DNA from: a virus
Lineage: Duplodnaviria; Caudoviricetes
DNA: 55,573 nt
Virus record (IMG/VR): IMGVR_UViG_3300018083_000009
Coordinates: 1 to 55,573 of that record
Direction: 5' to 3' (one strand)
Part shown: positions 47,083 through 55,573 of the stretch, piece by piece
Numbering within the stretch: position 1 is the first letter of the stretch
Layout: every line of letters starts with the position of its first letter
Made by a program: the position numbers and the translations under genes
Notes under the pieces: model-generated
What the model saw: the letters and a program-made list of their open reading frames with translations, nothing else
The model's database searches: none
What the model was told of the DNA's origin: nothing

Positions 47083-47799
47083 ATGAGCGGAATAATAAGC
47101 AGTATCGGAAGTAGTCTTAGCAACGTTACTGGTAGCGGCTTGCTTTCGATGTTCTTTCATATTGGCCAAAGTAAGTTGGGGTATTTAAGTCTTGATATTC
47201 TCGTATCGGAAAGTTTAGAACTTCCCAGTGAAGTAACAAAATATCCGGTTGAAGATGGTGATGAAGATGTATCAGATCATATCACGGCTGGTAATGAAGA
47301 ACTTTCAATCAATGGTGCGATAGCGTCAGGTTCCGCATTCGGAATTGAGTTCGGTATTCTTTGCTATTCTAAAATGATCGATGCGGTCGATCAACTAAGG
47401 AAGATGCATAAGGAAAGAAAAACATTTACCGTTGTAACTGGTCTCGGTAAGTATGAAGAAATGGCTTTTACAAAGCTGTCGCTTGATCGAAACAATAGTC
47501 CGCAGACTGGTGGCCAATGGTTAACTATTAATGCTACGCTGCGTAAGATCAGAAAGGTTTCACTTAAACAAGCTGACTTACCGCCAGATCAAGTTAGTGG
47601 TGATTCTGGCGGTGGAAGTGGAAGTGAGAACGTTAAAGGAAAGTCGGGCGCTACAGGTAAGAAAATTGGTCAAGAAACTACTGATTATGATCCAAGTAAA
47701 AAGAGTTATGCTAAATACAAAGCCGAAACAAAATTGCCATGGGCCGTTGGACCACAACCTTATAAACCACCAGCAGTTCCGAAGATGGAATTAAAATAA
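47083..47799 (+). CDS. Baseplate/tail-tube initiator (Dit-like)
   Basis: VTKYPVEDG...SDHI, V.TGL..Y..M motifs. Confidence 0.8.
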   Translation: MSGIISSIGSSLSNVTGSGLLSMFFHIGQSKLGYLSLDILVSESLELPSEVTKYPVEDGDEDVSDHITAGNEELSINGAIASGSAFGIEFGILCYSKMIDAVDQLRKMHKERKTFTVVTGLGKYEEMAFTKLSLDRNNSPQTGGQWLTINATLRKIRKVSLKQADLPPDQVSGDSGGGSGSENVKGKSGATGKKIGQETTDYDPSKKSYAKYKAETKLPWAVGPQPYKPPAVPKMELK

Positions 47800-48137
47800 T
47801 GTTTACTATTGTTGTTGCAGACTTAAATAGTCAAGCAATTGAATCTACGCTTGATGATATTTTATTTTATCTTGTTCTGGATTGGAATCAATCTGGTGGT
47901 TATTGGACAATGGGGATTCGTAACTCTGGTTACCAAACAGTTATTGATCGTATATCATTATCAGTTAATTATCCGTTGACGAAACAATTCAAATATTCGG
48001 ATATGCCGCCAGGAGAGTTGATCGTTGAAACATTTGATTTCAGAAGTGGACCAATTCCAAGAGATGGATTTGCTTCTGGCAAATATTTTCTTAACTATTA
48101 TACAGAGCAAGATGTGAGAATCGCTAATGCTGTTTGA
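47799..48137 (+). CDS. Small baseplate protein
   Basis: L.WNQ..GYWTM.I; synteny. Confidence 0.7.
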   Translation: MFTIVVADLNSQAIESTLDDILFYLVLDWNQSGGYWTMGIRNSGYQTVIDRISLSVNYPLTKQFKYSDMPPGELIVETFDFRSGPIPRDGFASGKYFLNYYTEQDVRIANAV

Positions 48138-49305
48138 TAGAGTATATCGTTTATTAGTTGGAAAGAAAGGCGATGCTAAAGGAATCGAAATAACAGACTT
48201 GCGTATTGAGTTCGATATCGAAAAGAGCGCGAAGAAAAATCCGAACAAAGGTTCAATCAAGATATATAATTTAGCTAAAGCAACGAGAACAGAACTAGAG
48301 AAACCAGGAACTCGTTGCGTTTTATATGCGGGTTATAAAGATCAAGATGGGCCACAACTTATCTTTAACGGAGATGTAACATTTGCCTGGACTCAATTTA
48401 AGTTACCGGATGTTATTACAGAACTGGAACTTGGTGACGGTGCATCAGAAATACGCGACACGACTATATCGGTTGGCTATGATAAAGGTGTCAAATCGAA
48501 ACAGATACTTCAAGATGCGGCAAAGAAAATGGATACCCCGTTAGTTGTCCCAAGTAACTTAGCAGAACGAGTTTGGGAGCATGGCGTATCTTTCTTTGGT
48601 CCGGTTAGAACTTTACTCGATAAGGTTACGAAAGGATCGAACTCTGAGTGGTCGATACAGAACGGCAACCTTCAAGTGATTGAGAAAGGAATGGTAACGA
48701 CTAGACAAGGAATTGTTTTGTCCGCTGACTCTGGTTTAATTGGTTCTCCGGAACGAGAACGTGCATCTAAAGATGGTGCTTCAAGTAAGGAAACCAGTAA
48801 GGCGAGTGCAACGAATACAGCTAAAGGTGGCTCGCCTAAAGGACCAGCAACATCGTTACCGACTCCACCTATTCCACCTGTAGCGAGTAGACCGCCATTT
48901 GATGCAAGTGGTGGAACTCCTGTAATGAGAAAGACCGACAATGATAATGACGAAGATGAAACAGAAGATCGTGAAGGCGGAGATAAAATTAAATCATCGG
49001 AACCAGCAAAAGGAATCGATGGTTGGAAAGTTAAGACGTTGCTTATGCCAACGCTAAATCCCGGTGATAGAGTGAAGCTAGAAAGTCGTTCTGTTAAAGG
49101 TATATTTCGCATTCAAGAGTTAAAACACAAAGGTGATAACTGGCAAGGTGATTGGCAAACTGAAATGAAACTAATTGATCCAGCTGCACCAATCTCCGAT
49201 GAAAGTAAATCGGCTAAGAGTTCTAAAGGTGGCCATGCGAAACGAGGTGATGTTGAGAAGCCAGTTGTTCGTAAGTATCTCACTGAAGAAGAGATAAGTA
49301 GTTAG
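48127..49305 (+). CDS. Baseplate hub protein with a low-complexity insertion
   Basis: LRIEFDI.K, IKIYNL, L.AGY, WSIQNG, GLIGSP, LL.P.L.PG, HKGD. Confidence 0.82.
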   Translation: MLFDRVYRLLVGKKGDAKGIEITDLRIEFDIEKSAKKNPNKGSIKIYNLAKATRTELEKPGTRCVLYAGYKDQDGPQLIFNGDVTFAWTQFKLPDVITELELGDGASEIRDTTISVGYDKGVKSKQILQDAAKKMDTPLVVPSNLAERVWEHGVSFFGPVRTLLDKVTKGSNSEWSIQNGNLQVIEKGMVTTRQGIVLSADSGLIGSPERERASKDGASSKETSKASATNTAKGGSPKGPATSLPTPPIPPVASRPPFDASGGTPVMRKTDNDNDEDETEDREGGDKIKSSEPAKGIDGWKVKTLLMPTLNPGDRVKLESRSVKGIFRIQELKHKGDNWQGDWQTEMKLIDPAAPISDESKSAKSSKGGHAKRGDVEKPVVRKYLTEEEISS

Positions 49306-49314
49306 GATAAAACA

Positions 49315-50013
49315 ATGTTTACTTCGCTTGTTGAATCGATACAGTTGATGATTGAATCATCGTTGTCTGATATCAACACCAATGCGCCAGGAGAAATTGT
49401 TTCATATAATGCCGCAACGAATCGTGCGGTAGTTAAACTATCAACGCCAAAGAAACTAGATAATGGTGAAGTATTAGAGCCACCTAAGATCGTTGAGGTT
49501 CCGGTTGTATTTAATGCATCGGGTGGTGGTAATGCATCGTTTACATTCCCACTTAAACCGGGTGATCCAGTAACGTTATCGTTTCAGCAACGATCAATGG
49601 AAGGTTATCTAAAAGGAAGTAAAGATGCGCCGGATGATCCTAGACAATTTGACCTTTCTGATTGCGTGGCTATTCCTGGCGGCGGCCATACTGGCACTGT
49701 TGGTCATTCTGATAACGTAGTATTAAAATTTGGTGGCGCTAACGTGACTCTTAAACCAGATGGAACAATTATATTTGGTAACAGTATTGGTAGCATGACA
49801 ATTGATCCTGGCGGTAATATTCGTTTGAAAGGTTCCTCGATTCATGTTGATGCTGGTGGGCAACAATTTGATTTAATGAGTGCTGGTGGTCAAATGAAAC
49901 TTAAGGGAAACTCAATTGATGTTGAAGCTGGCGGAAAGAACTTTAATTTGGAACACCATCAACATCTAAATACCATGCCGGGAGTTGGACTATCGGGAGA
50001 ACCGAATCCATGA
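49315..50013 (+). CDS. Baseplate spike (Gp138-like)
   Basis: VPV.F, TFPLKPGD, R.FDLSD..AIPG; C-terminal HQH metal site. Confidence 0.85.
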   Translation: MFTSLVESIQLMIESSLSDINTNAPGEIVSYNAATNRAVVKLSTPKKLDNGEVLEPPKIVEVPVVFNASGGGNASFTFPLKPGDPVTLSFQQRSMEGYLKGSKDAPDDPRQFDLSDCVAIPGGGHTGTVGHSDNVVLKFGGANVTLKPDGTIIFGNSIGSMTIDPGGNIRLKGSSIHVDAGGQQFDLMSAGGQMKLKGNSIDVEAGGKNFNLEHHQHLNTMPGVGLSGEPNP

Positions 50014-50450
50014 ACTTTGATATCGCACTAAATCGAATAACTCATGATCTGGAATTTCATTCTGCACGCGATTATAAGTTGCCGATACCGTCAAACATAA
50101 CCAGTGCAGACGTAAACAAGTTTCGCATATGGGCAATTGATGGTGCTGATAAAGTAGCGCAACAAATTAAAATAAACCTTCTATCGTTTCTAGGAGAATG
50201 GTTTCTCGATGTACGATATGGAGTTCCTTACCTTGAAGAAATACTCGTTAAGAACCCTCGCCTTGCTAGCGTTGAAACTATTTTGCGGAACCATATTGGG
50301 AGCGTTCCTGACGTTGTTCGTATTGATTTCTTTGGTATGGATTGGAGTCGTAAGGATCGTTCGTTACGTGTGGAATTTGCCTGCGAAACTACTTACGGTC
50401 CTATTCGCGAAAGCGTAAAATTGGAGGTGACACCTTATGTCAGAGGTTAA
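50010..50450 (+). CDS. Baseplate wedge/sheath initiator
   Basis: VAQQIKI.L..FLGEWFLD..GVPY. Confidence 0.85.
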   Translation: MNFDIALNRITHDLEFHSARDYKLPIPSNITSADVNKFRIWAIDGADKVAQQIKINLLSFLGEWFLDVRYGVPYLEEILVKNPRLASVETILRNHIGSVPDVVRIDFFGMDWSRKDRSLRVEFACETTYGPIRESVKLEVTPYVRG

Positions 50451-50613
50451 AGAGTTCTTTGCATATGGGCAATGGTGGGATAAAGAAGTGATCGAAGCTT
50501 CTGTTCCTTACACTCCTAGAATGAGTCTGGCACCAGCCCCTACTTTAGAAAACTATGAAGATCAACAAATGAATTTGTTTCGTAGAATGGAGGTTCTAAG
50601 TTATGTCGGGTAG
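50437..50613 (+). CDS. Small hypothetical protein (58 aa), not in ORF track
   Basis: GGAGG RBS; MSEVKEFFAYGQWW...; fills the gap before baseplate J. Confidence 0.5.
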   Translation: MSEVKEFFAYGQWWDKEVIEASVPYTPRMSLAPAPTLENYEDQQMNLFRRMEVLSYVG

Positions 50614-52084
50614 TCTGAATCCACTTGATTACGGAGTCTTACCGAGTGGATTTAGTCGGATGCGTATGCCGGAAATTCGACAGTCGATTATTGATTCGCT
50701 TACGCAATCGCTTGGCATCACTTTAGAAACGAGACCAGATTCCATCACGGGACAATTCATCGATGTATTCGCAGAACGAGAAGCCACTATGTGGGAACTT
50801 GCGGAAGCGGTTTATTTTGCTATGTATCCTATCTCTGCAACTGGTATTAATCTTGACCATTCTGTTTCTTTTGCTGGTGTTATAAGATTGTTCGCTGAGA
50901 AATCAACAGCATGGTGTGCTTGTTACGGAGTTGAAGGAACAGTTATTCCTGCTGGCAGTATCGTTCGTTCGCAAAACAGTCAAGATAACTTCTTGCTTGA
51001 TGCCACTATTACGATATCAAGACAGTTTACAATCGATACAACGGTGTATGTTAATACCGCAGTTGCTGGCCAGGAGTATTGGATCAGAGTCAACCAATCG
51101 ATTTATCGTTACGTTGCGGTAGCAAATGATTCAACTCTTATCATCGCGCAACATCTTGCGACGCAACTCCTGGCGAGTGGGTTGCAGGTTTCAATTGATG
51201 CTAATTATATTCGAATTTACGGTATCGAATCTATCTCATATGCGCTACAACTATCAGCCGATATCTTGATATTCAAGATTAGTTCCATCGGTAACTTTAC
51301 TTGTGAAGTTTATGGACCTGTTGATATTACCACGCATTCGATTAATCAAATCGTTTCGACTCTAGATGGTTGGGATGCGGTAGATAATTTAGTTGATGGA
51401 CACCTTGGTCGTAATCTGGAAACGGATGATGAATTGCGATTGCGTTATGATACCGGAGTGTTTCGTTTAGGTGCGGCAACATTGGAATCAATTAGAGCCA
51501 ACCTACAACAAAACATAACTGGAATAATTAGTGTTGAAGTTTATGAAAATATCGAAGACGTAACTGATGTTGACGGTAGACCACCACACTCAATTGAAGT
51601 CATTGCGTATGGTGGTGATCCACAAGATATCGCCGATCAAATATATTTAGTTAAGGCCGCTGGCATCGATACGTTTGGATCGTTGCAAGTTATGGTTACT
51701 GGAAGTTCTGGTTATCAACATGAAATTAATTTCAATAGACCAACACCGATTTATATCTGGGTTGAAGTTGACGTAACGTTATATAATGAAGAACAGTTTC
51801 CAGATGGCGGTATACCGCAAATTCAACTGATCGTAACGAACACTGGCAACGACTTTGGGATCGGCAAAGATGTTATACCGCAACGGTTCTTTGGTCCTAT
51901 TTACTCTAATGTTGCTGGTATTTCTAATCTGGTTATTCGCGTTGCCAAAACGACTGACCCTAATATCGTCCCCACAGTCGGTGACTTTAGTGAAGCAATC
52001 ATTCCCATTGCGGCACGAGAACTATCTCAATTCGATGTAACAAAAGTTGCAGTTGCAATCTTTGATGCAAGGCGCGGTCGATGA
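50603..52084 (+). CDS. Baseplate J-like protein
   Basis: ATG.NLD, G...ETDDELRLR, VYEN....D..GRPPHSIE, KAAGI.TFG. Confidence 0.9.
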   Translation: MSGSLNPLDYGVLPSGFSRMRMPEIRQSIIDSLTQSLGITLETRPDSITGQFIDVFAEREATMWELAEAVYFAMYPISATGINLDHSVSFAGVIRLFAEKSTAWCACYGVEGTVIPAGSIVRSQNSQDNFLLDATITISRQFTIDTTVYVNTAVAGQEYWIRVNQSIYRYVAVANDSTLIIAQHLATQLLASGLQVSIDANYIRIYGIESISYALQLSADILIFKISSIGNFTCEVYGPVDITTHSINQIVSTLDGWDAVDNLVDGHLGRNLETDDELRLRYDTGVFRLGAATLESIRANLQQNITGIISVEVYENIEDVTDVDGRPPHSIEVIAYGGDPQDIADQIYLVKAAGIDTFGSLQVMVTGSSGYQHEINFNRPTPIYIWVEVDVTLYNEEQFPDGGIPQIQLIVTNTGNDFGIGKDVIPQRFFGPIYSNVAGISNLVIRVAKTTDPNIVPTVGDFSEAIIPIAARELSQFDVTKVAVAIFDARRGR

Positions 52085-52893
52085 ACGAACTAACTAATAT
52101 CGATCTTGAAATATTAGAGCCGCTGGACTTTCCGCATGATCATGCGGAAGTCGCATGGTCGCATTTTCTTGCACAGCATGTTGGTAAGAAAAATACAGAA
52201 GCTTTCGTAAGATCGTTTTATCCTCCGATCAATATTCTTGATAAAGCATTAAATGATTTGTATACGTTACGTTGGTTGGATACTGCGGAAGGTGTTCAAC
52301 TAGATGGTATCGGATCGATCGTTGGTATAACGAGATCAGTTGCCAACTCAGTTTACTTACCGTTCTTTGGTTTCGCTTCACAAATAAGTGGACGTAGTTT
52401 TGGTGTCGCAAGGATGCGTCACAAACGCGAGCCATATGCACAAAGCACCATTCTTGGTGATACCGAATATCGAGCCATAATCTACTTGAAGATTTATCTT
52501 AATAACGGACATGGAACAGCAGAAGAATTAGTCCGCGCATTCAACACCTCTCTTAATGTAACGAGAACAAGAGTCGATGATGCTGGCAATGCCAATGCCA
52601 GAGTCTATATTAATGACTTCATTATGGACAACGATCCGCGTTCACAACTATTGGAGTTCATGATTCCTCGCGCTGCTGGCGTTAAGTTGTGGCCGCATTA
52701 TTATAATGCTGATTTTGTATTTGGTTTCTCAAATCAGAATATGGGTTATTACGGCTTTGATATCGGCATCCTCGCCAGGAGACCTGGAAGTAATATACCT
52801 CCGATTAATGTTACCATGTCGATATGGGACAGAGGCGAATCAATCTACGATAGCGGCAACTCTATCTGGGATCAGCGAGGTATTCCGGGATGA
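52081..52893 (+). CDS. Baseplate wedge protein (DUF2612-type)
   Basis: LDTAEGVQLD.IG.IVG..R, FFGF, IPRAAGV. Confidence 0.85.
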   Translation: MNELTNIDLEILEPLDFPHDHAEVAWSHFLAQHVGKKNTEAFVRSFYPPINILDKALNDLYTLRWLDTAEGVQLDGIGSIVGITRSVANSVYLPFFGFASQISGRSFGVARMRHKREPYAQSTILGDTEYRAIIYLKIYLNNGHGTAEELVRAFNTSLNVTRTRVDDAGNANARVYINDFIMDNDPRSQLLEFMIPRAAGVKLWPHYYNADFVFGFSNQNMGYYGFDIGILARRPGSNIPPINVTMSIWDRGESIYDSGNSIWDQRGIPG

Positions 52894-53321
52894 ATAATTT
52901 TGAAAGAAATTTTATTCCTGAACCGAACTCGGGTTGTTTCTTATGGATAGGAACTATTATTCCTAAAGGTTATGGTCATTTTAAATGTGATGGTAAAACG
53001 TTTCGAGCGCATAGATATTCATGGGAATTAGAAAATGGAAAAATCCCTGATGGACTACATGTTCTTCATCGTTGCGATATTAGATCGTGTGTTAATGTAG
53101 ATCATTTATTTCTTGGAACGAATGCGGATAATATGGCGGATAGAGGTAGAAAAGGAAGAACTCAAAACATTGGAATTAAAAATACTATTAAAACGCATTG
53201 TCCTAAAGGTCATTTGTATGACGAAAAGAATACTTATTTTAGACCGAATGGAAGTCGAAAATGTAGAACTTGTAACGCCATATCTATGAAAGAAAGGTTC
53301 TATAATGCCATCTCTCATTGA
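52890..53321 (+). CDS. HNH homing endonuclease
   Basis: GC..W.G, AHRYSW, VLHRCD...CVN.DHL.LGT..DN; second Zn site THCPKGH..CRTC. Confidence 0.9.
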   Translation: MNNFERNFIPEPNSGCFLWIGTIIPKGYGHFKCDGKTFRAHRYSWELENGKIPDGLHVLHRCDIRSCVNVDHLFLGTNADNMADRGRKGRTQNIGIKNTIKTHCPKGHLYDEKNTYFRPNGSRKCRTCNAISMKERFYNAISH

Positions 53322-55573
53322 CTTTTCGAAACCAGTTTATGGAACGCCAACGACACAAAGCGTTCGCGATAATTTTCAAATCGCACAAAATGAAATAACG
53401 TCGCTACAACAACTAATTTCAACCGGTCCATTCTTGCCACTTAACGGTGGAATAATGACCGGCAAATTAGAGTTGTGGCGTGATCCTGTTGCCAATCATG
53501 AAGCGGCAACGAAACAATACGTTGATGCAATAGCATTCGCCGGTGGAGGGATGCCGGATGCTCCGAAAAATGGTTTCTATTACGTAAGGGGTGGTGGCGA
53601 AACTACGTTAGCGACTGAGAATGAATGGATCATTGATCCGATCTTTAACTCTATGAAGATATGGGATGCCAACAGAGTATTAATGTTTGGTTTGCATTAT
53701 GATGCGACATTTAATTATTATGAATTTGGAATGAATAATAGTTTCTTCCGTTTTGGAAGAACAAGTAATGTTCTTGAATTATTTATTAATAGTATTGGTG
53801 TTGCTGGTTATAGTTCTAGTGCAATAACATTTAATAGTAAAGTTCTTCCTAGTAACGGAATTAGTTTTGGATCATTAACTTCAACGTCGCCAACCGATTT
53901 TTCTAAACATATTGAATTTTACACTAATTTTGCTGGTATGTCAATTACTGGTGGAAGGTTAAATTTAAATTGTAATGGTTCGATGGTGTTTCTTTCTGGT
54001 GGCGTCGATCTGGCATTTTTTGATCTTTCTCAGGGAGGATTAATTTTTAATAGTGGAGCTACTATTAAGTTATCACAAGATCCAACTACTGGACTCCATG
54101 CAGCAACGAAACAATACGTTGACTCGGTTCGTAGTTTAGTTACTGGATCGTATCTTCCGCTTGTTGGTGGAGCCTTAACTGGTAATTTGTTTTTAAATCA
54201 AACTAATTCTGAAGCAATGTTGACGCTTAATGAGTCTACCGCTAACGGTTTTGCTCGCATAAGATATCAAACTGCAACTCTTCGATGGGTTGCAGGTATA
54301 ACTCTTGGAACAGGTAATTTTAGTATTGGTGATGAAGTTGCTGGAGCTTATAGAATTGAAATGGATGCGGTTGGAAATATTGGTCTTAATGGGTCAGTAT
54401 CTTTACTGAATAATCCTACTGCACCACTTCATGCAGCAACGAAACAATATGTCGATACGAAAGCGGGACAATATCTTCCGCTTACGGGTGGCACAGTTAA
54501 CGGACAAGTTTTTATCGGTCAAGTTCCAAATTATTTCTTAGGTATCACAGGTGGTGGTTCAACGACTCCAGGTTTTATTTCGTTTCACGATAATGCTGGA
54601 AACAGAATTGGTTACGTTGGTTATGGTTTGACAAATCGTTTAGTATTGGCATCTGAGGGTGGTTATACAGGTTGGAATGTAACTGGCGAATTTGTTATCA
54701 ATGGTTATTTAAATGCTGGTGGTGGTGCAATTCTTCAAGGTAATGTTACACTTACGCAAGATCCAACTTCAGCTTTAGCTGTTGCAACGAAACAATACGT
54801 AGACGGAAAGATTGGTGGCGCAGGTTATCTTCCGCTTACTGGTGGAAATTTAACTGGACCATTAGGGATTTTAGTCAATGATGGAGTGCTCGGTCTGTTA
54901 GTTACTGGAGCAACTAAAGGTATTCGTTTCACTGGTAATTCAAACAATTTTTCAATAGAGGGTGTTGATAACACTGGAGTCGGTTCGTATCAACCGCTTC
55001 ACATTGGTGGATCAACTGTTTCGTTTACCGCTCCAACTATATTTAATAGTTCTTTGTCAATAGCAACTGGGCAACCATTGTTTCTTGGACAAGAGCCAAC
55101 AACAGCCGCTCATGCTGTAACGAAAACATATGCCGATACGAAACTAAGTTTGACTGGTGGAAGCTTAAATGGAGACTTAGGAGTTCTTCATTGGATTAAT
55201 ATTGGAAACGGAACTGTAAGGTCTGGACTAAATATCAATATGCTTTCTGCTTCTAGTGGCGGCATATCGTTTCTTTCAAACAATTCTAATCGTTGGATGG
55301 TGGCTCTAGATGCTTATCCGGAAAGCGGTCTTAATGATGGTGGAAACTTAGCTTTTTATGTTTATAACAATGACGGATCGTTTGGAGGAACGCCATTTGG
55401 AATTTCTCGTTTCGATAAGAAAATGTATTCGGAAGCAACGTTGCAAGTTGCGCGTGATCCAACAACCGCACTTGAAGTTGCAACGAAACAATACGTAGAC
55501 GGAAAGGTTGGTGGCGTTGGTTATCTTCCGTTAACAGGTGGTAAATTAACTGGTCGTTTGAATGTCGATACTA
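53305..55573 (+). CDS. Tail fibre 1, N-terminal part (continues across the join to 1757); missing from ORF track
   Basis: ATG 53305 gives MPSLIDFSKPVYGTPTTQSVRDNFQIAQNEIT; in frame with 108-1757 on the circle; repeated ATKQYVD modules. Confidence 0.85.
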   Translation, partial: MPSLIDFSKPVYGTPTTQSVRDNFQIAQNEITSLQQLISTGPFLPLNGGIMTGKLELWRDPVANHEAATKQYVDAIAFAGGGMPDAPKNGFYYVRGGGETTLATENEWIIDPIFNSMKIWDANRVLMFGLHYDATFNYYEFGMNNSFFRFGRTSNVLELFINSIGVAGYSSSAITFNSKVLPSNGISFGSLTSTSPTDFSKHIEFYTNFAGMSITGGRLNLNCNGSMVFLSGGVDLAFFDLSQGGLIFNSGATIKLSQDPTTGLHAATKQYVDSVRSLVTGSYLPLVGGALTGNLFLNQTNSEAMLTLNESTANGFARIRYQTATLRWVAGITLGTGNFSIGDEVAGAYRIEMDAVGNIGLNGSVSLLNNPTAPLHAATKQYVDTKAGQYLPLTGGTVNGQVFIGQVPNYFLGITGGGSTTPGFISFHDNAGNRIGYVGYGLTNRLVLASEGGYTGWNVTGEFVINGYLNAGGGAILQGNVTLTQDPTSALAVATKQYVDGKIGGAGYLPLTGGNLTGPLGILVNDGVLGLLVTGATKGIRFTGNSNNFSIEGVDNTGVGSYQPLHIGGSTVSFTAPTIFNSSLSIATGQPLFLGQEPTTAAHAVTKTYADTKLSLTGGSLNGDLGVLHWINIGNGTVRSGLNINMLSASSGGISFLSNNSNRWMVALDAYPESGLNDGGNLAFYVYNNDGSFGGTPFGISRFDKKMYSEATLQVARDPTTALEVATKQYVDGKVGGVGYLPLTGGKLTGRLNVDT

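Larger units (their letters stand above)
1943..52781. repeat. Dispersed 9-bp motif CGCCAGGAG/CTCCTGGCG (~1 per kb)
   Basis: Manual scan found ~52 exact 9-mers and ~65 GCCAGGAG cores, e.g. 1943, 2347, 6543, 9807/9822, 15528/15548, 18662, 24132/24143, 29800, 33096, 38231, 46770, 52773. Confidence 0.92.

Noticed and set aside
1943-52781. Motif as a known Chi, DUS/USS, HIP1 or simple Shine-Dalgarno sequence
   Set aside because: It differs from GCTGGTGG, GCCGTCTGAA, AAGTGCGGT and GCGATCGC. Although it contains AGGAG, most copies are mid-gene or antisense.
55451-55573. 123-bp terminal direct repeat as a biological DTR
   Set aside because: It falls mid-gene in the tail fibre and is most simply an assembler circular overlap.
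1-55573. Temperate lifestyle module
   Set aside because: No integrase, CI-like repressor or ParA was recognised; the ParB-like domain is fused to a methyltransferase.

Overview
The window is an apparently complete, circular-mapping genome (~55,450 bp) of a tailed dsDNA phage with a contractile (myovirus-type) tail. The last 123 nt repeat the first 123 nt, and a ~1300-aa tail-fibre gene runs across the join. Layout: (i) tail-fibre/receptor-binding genes (53.3 kb to 6.2 kb); (ii) a leftward array of about 17 mostly small early genes (6.4-13.3 kb); (iii) a 1.4-kb non-coding control region (13.3-14.7 kb); (iv) a rightward DNA-metabolism block (ParB-like/MT-A70 fusion, DnaE, SNF2 helicase, DnaQ-like exonuclease, two tandem Dam-like MTases, primase, VirE/VapE ATPase); (v) packaging, head, neck, tail and baseplate genes. 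I found no integrase, tRNA, CRISPR, reverse transcriptase or recognisable endolysin. Two signals are not explained by the gene annotation. First, the 9-mer CGCCAGGAG (reverse complement CTCCTGGCG) occurs about once per kb (manual count ~52 exact 9-mers, ~65 8-mer cores; fewer than 1 exact 9-mer expected by chance). It sits in all six codon registers, in promoter spacers and in hairpins, and its orientation bias appears to flip at a putative origin near 31.4 kb. Second, the early operon looks built like an rRNA operon: an rrn-type promoter, two boxA-like sites, a large structured leader, a leader-trailer inverted repeat, and 12 intergenic hairpins with divergent sequence but a shared two-state architecture, each followed by a conserved ribosome-binding repeat. 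A PEP-CTERM protein is also embedded in the head module. All counts are by eye, and all functional calls come from motif recognition and synteny rather than database searches.
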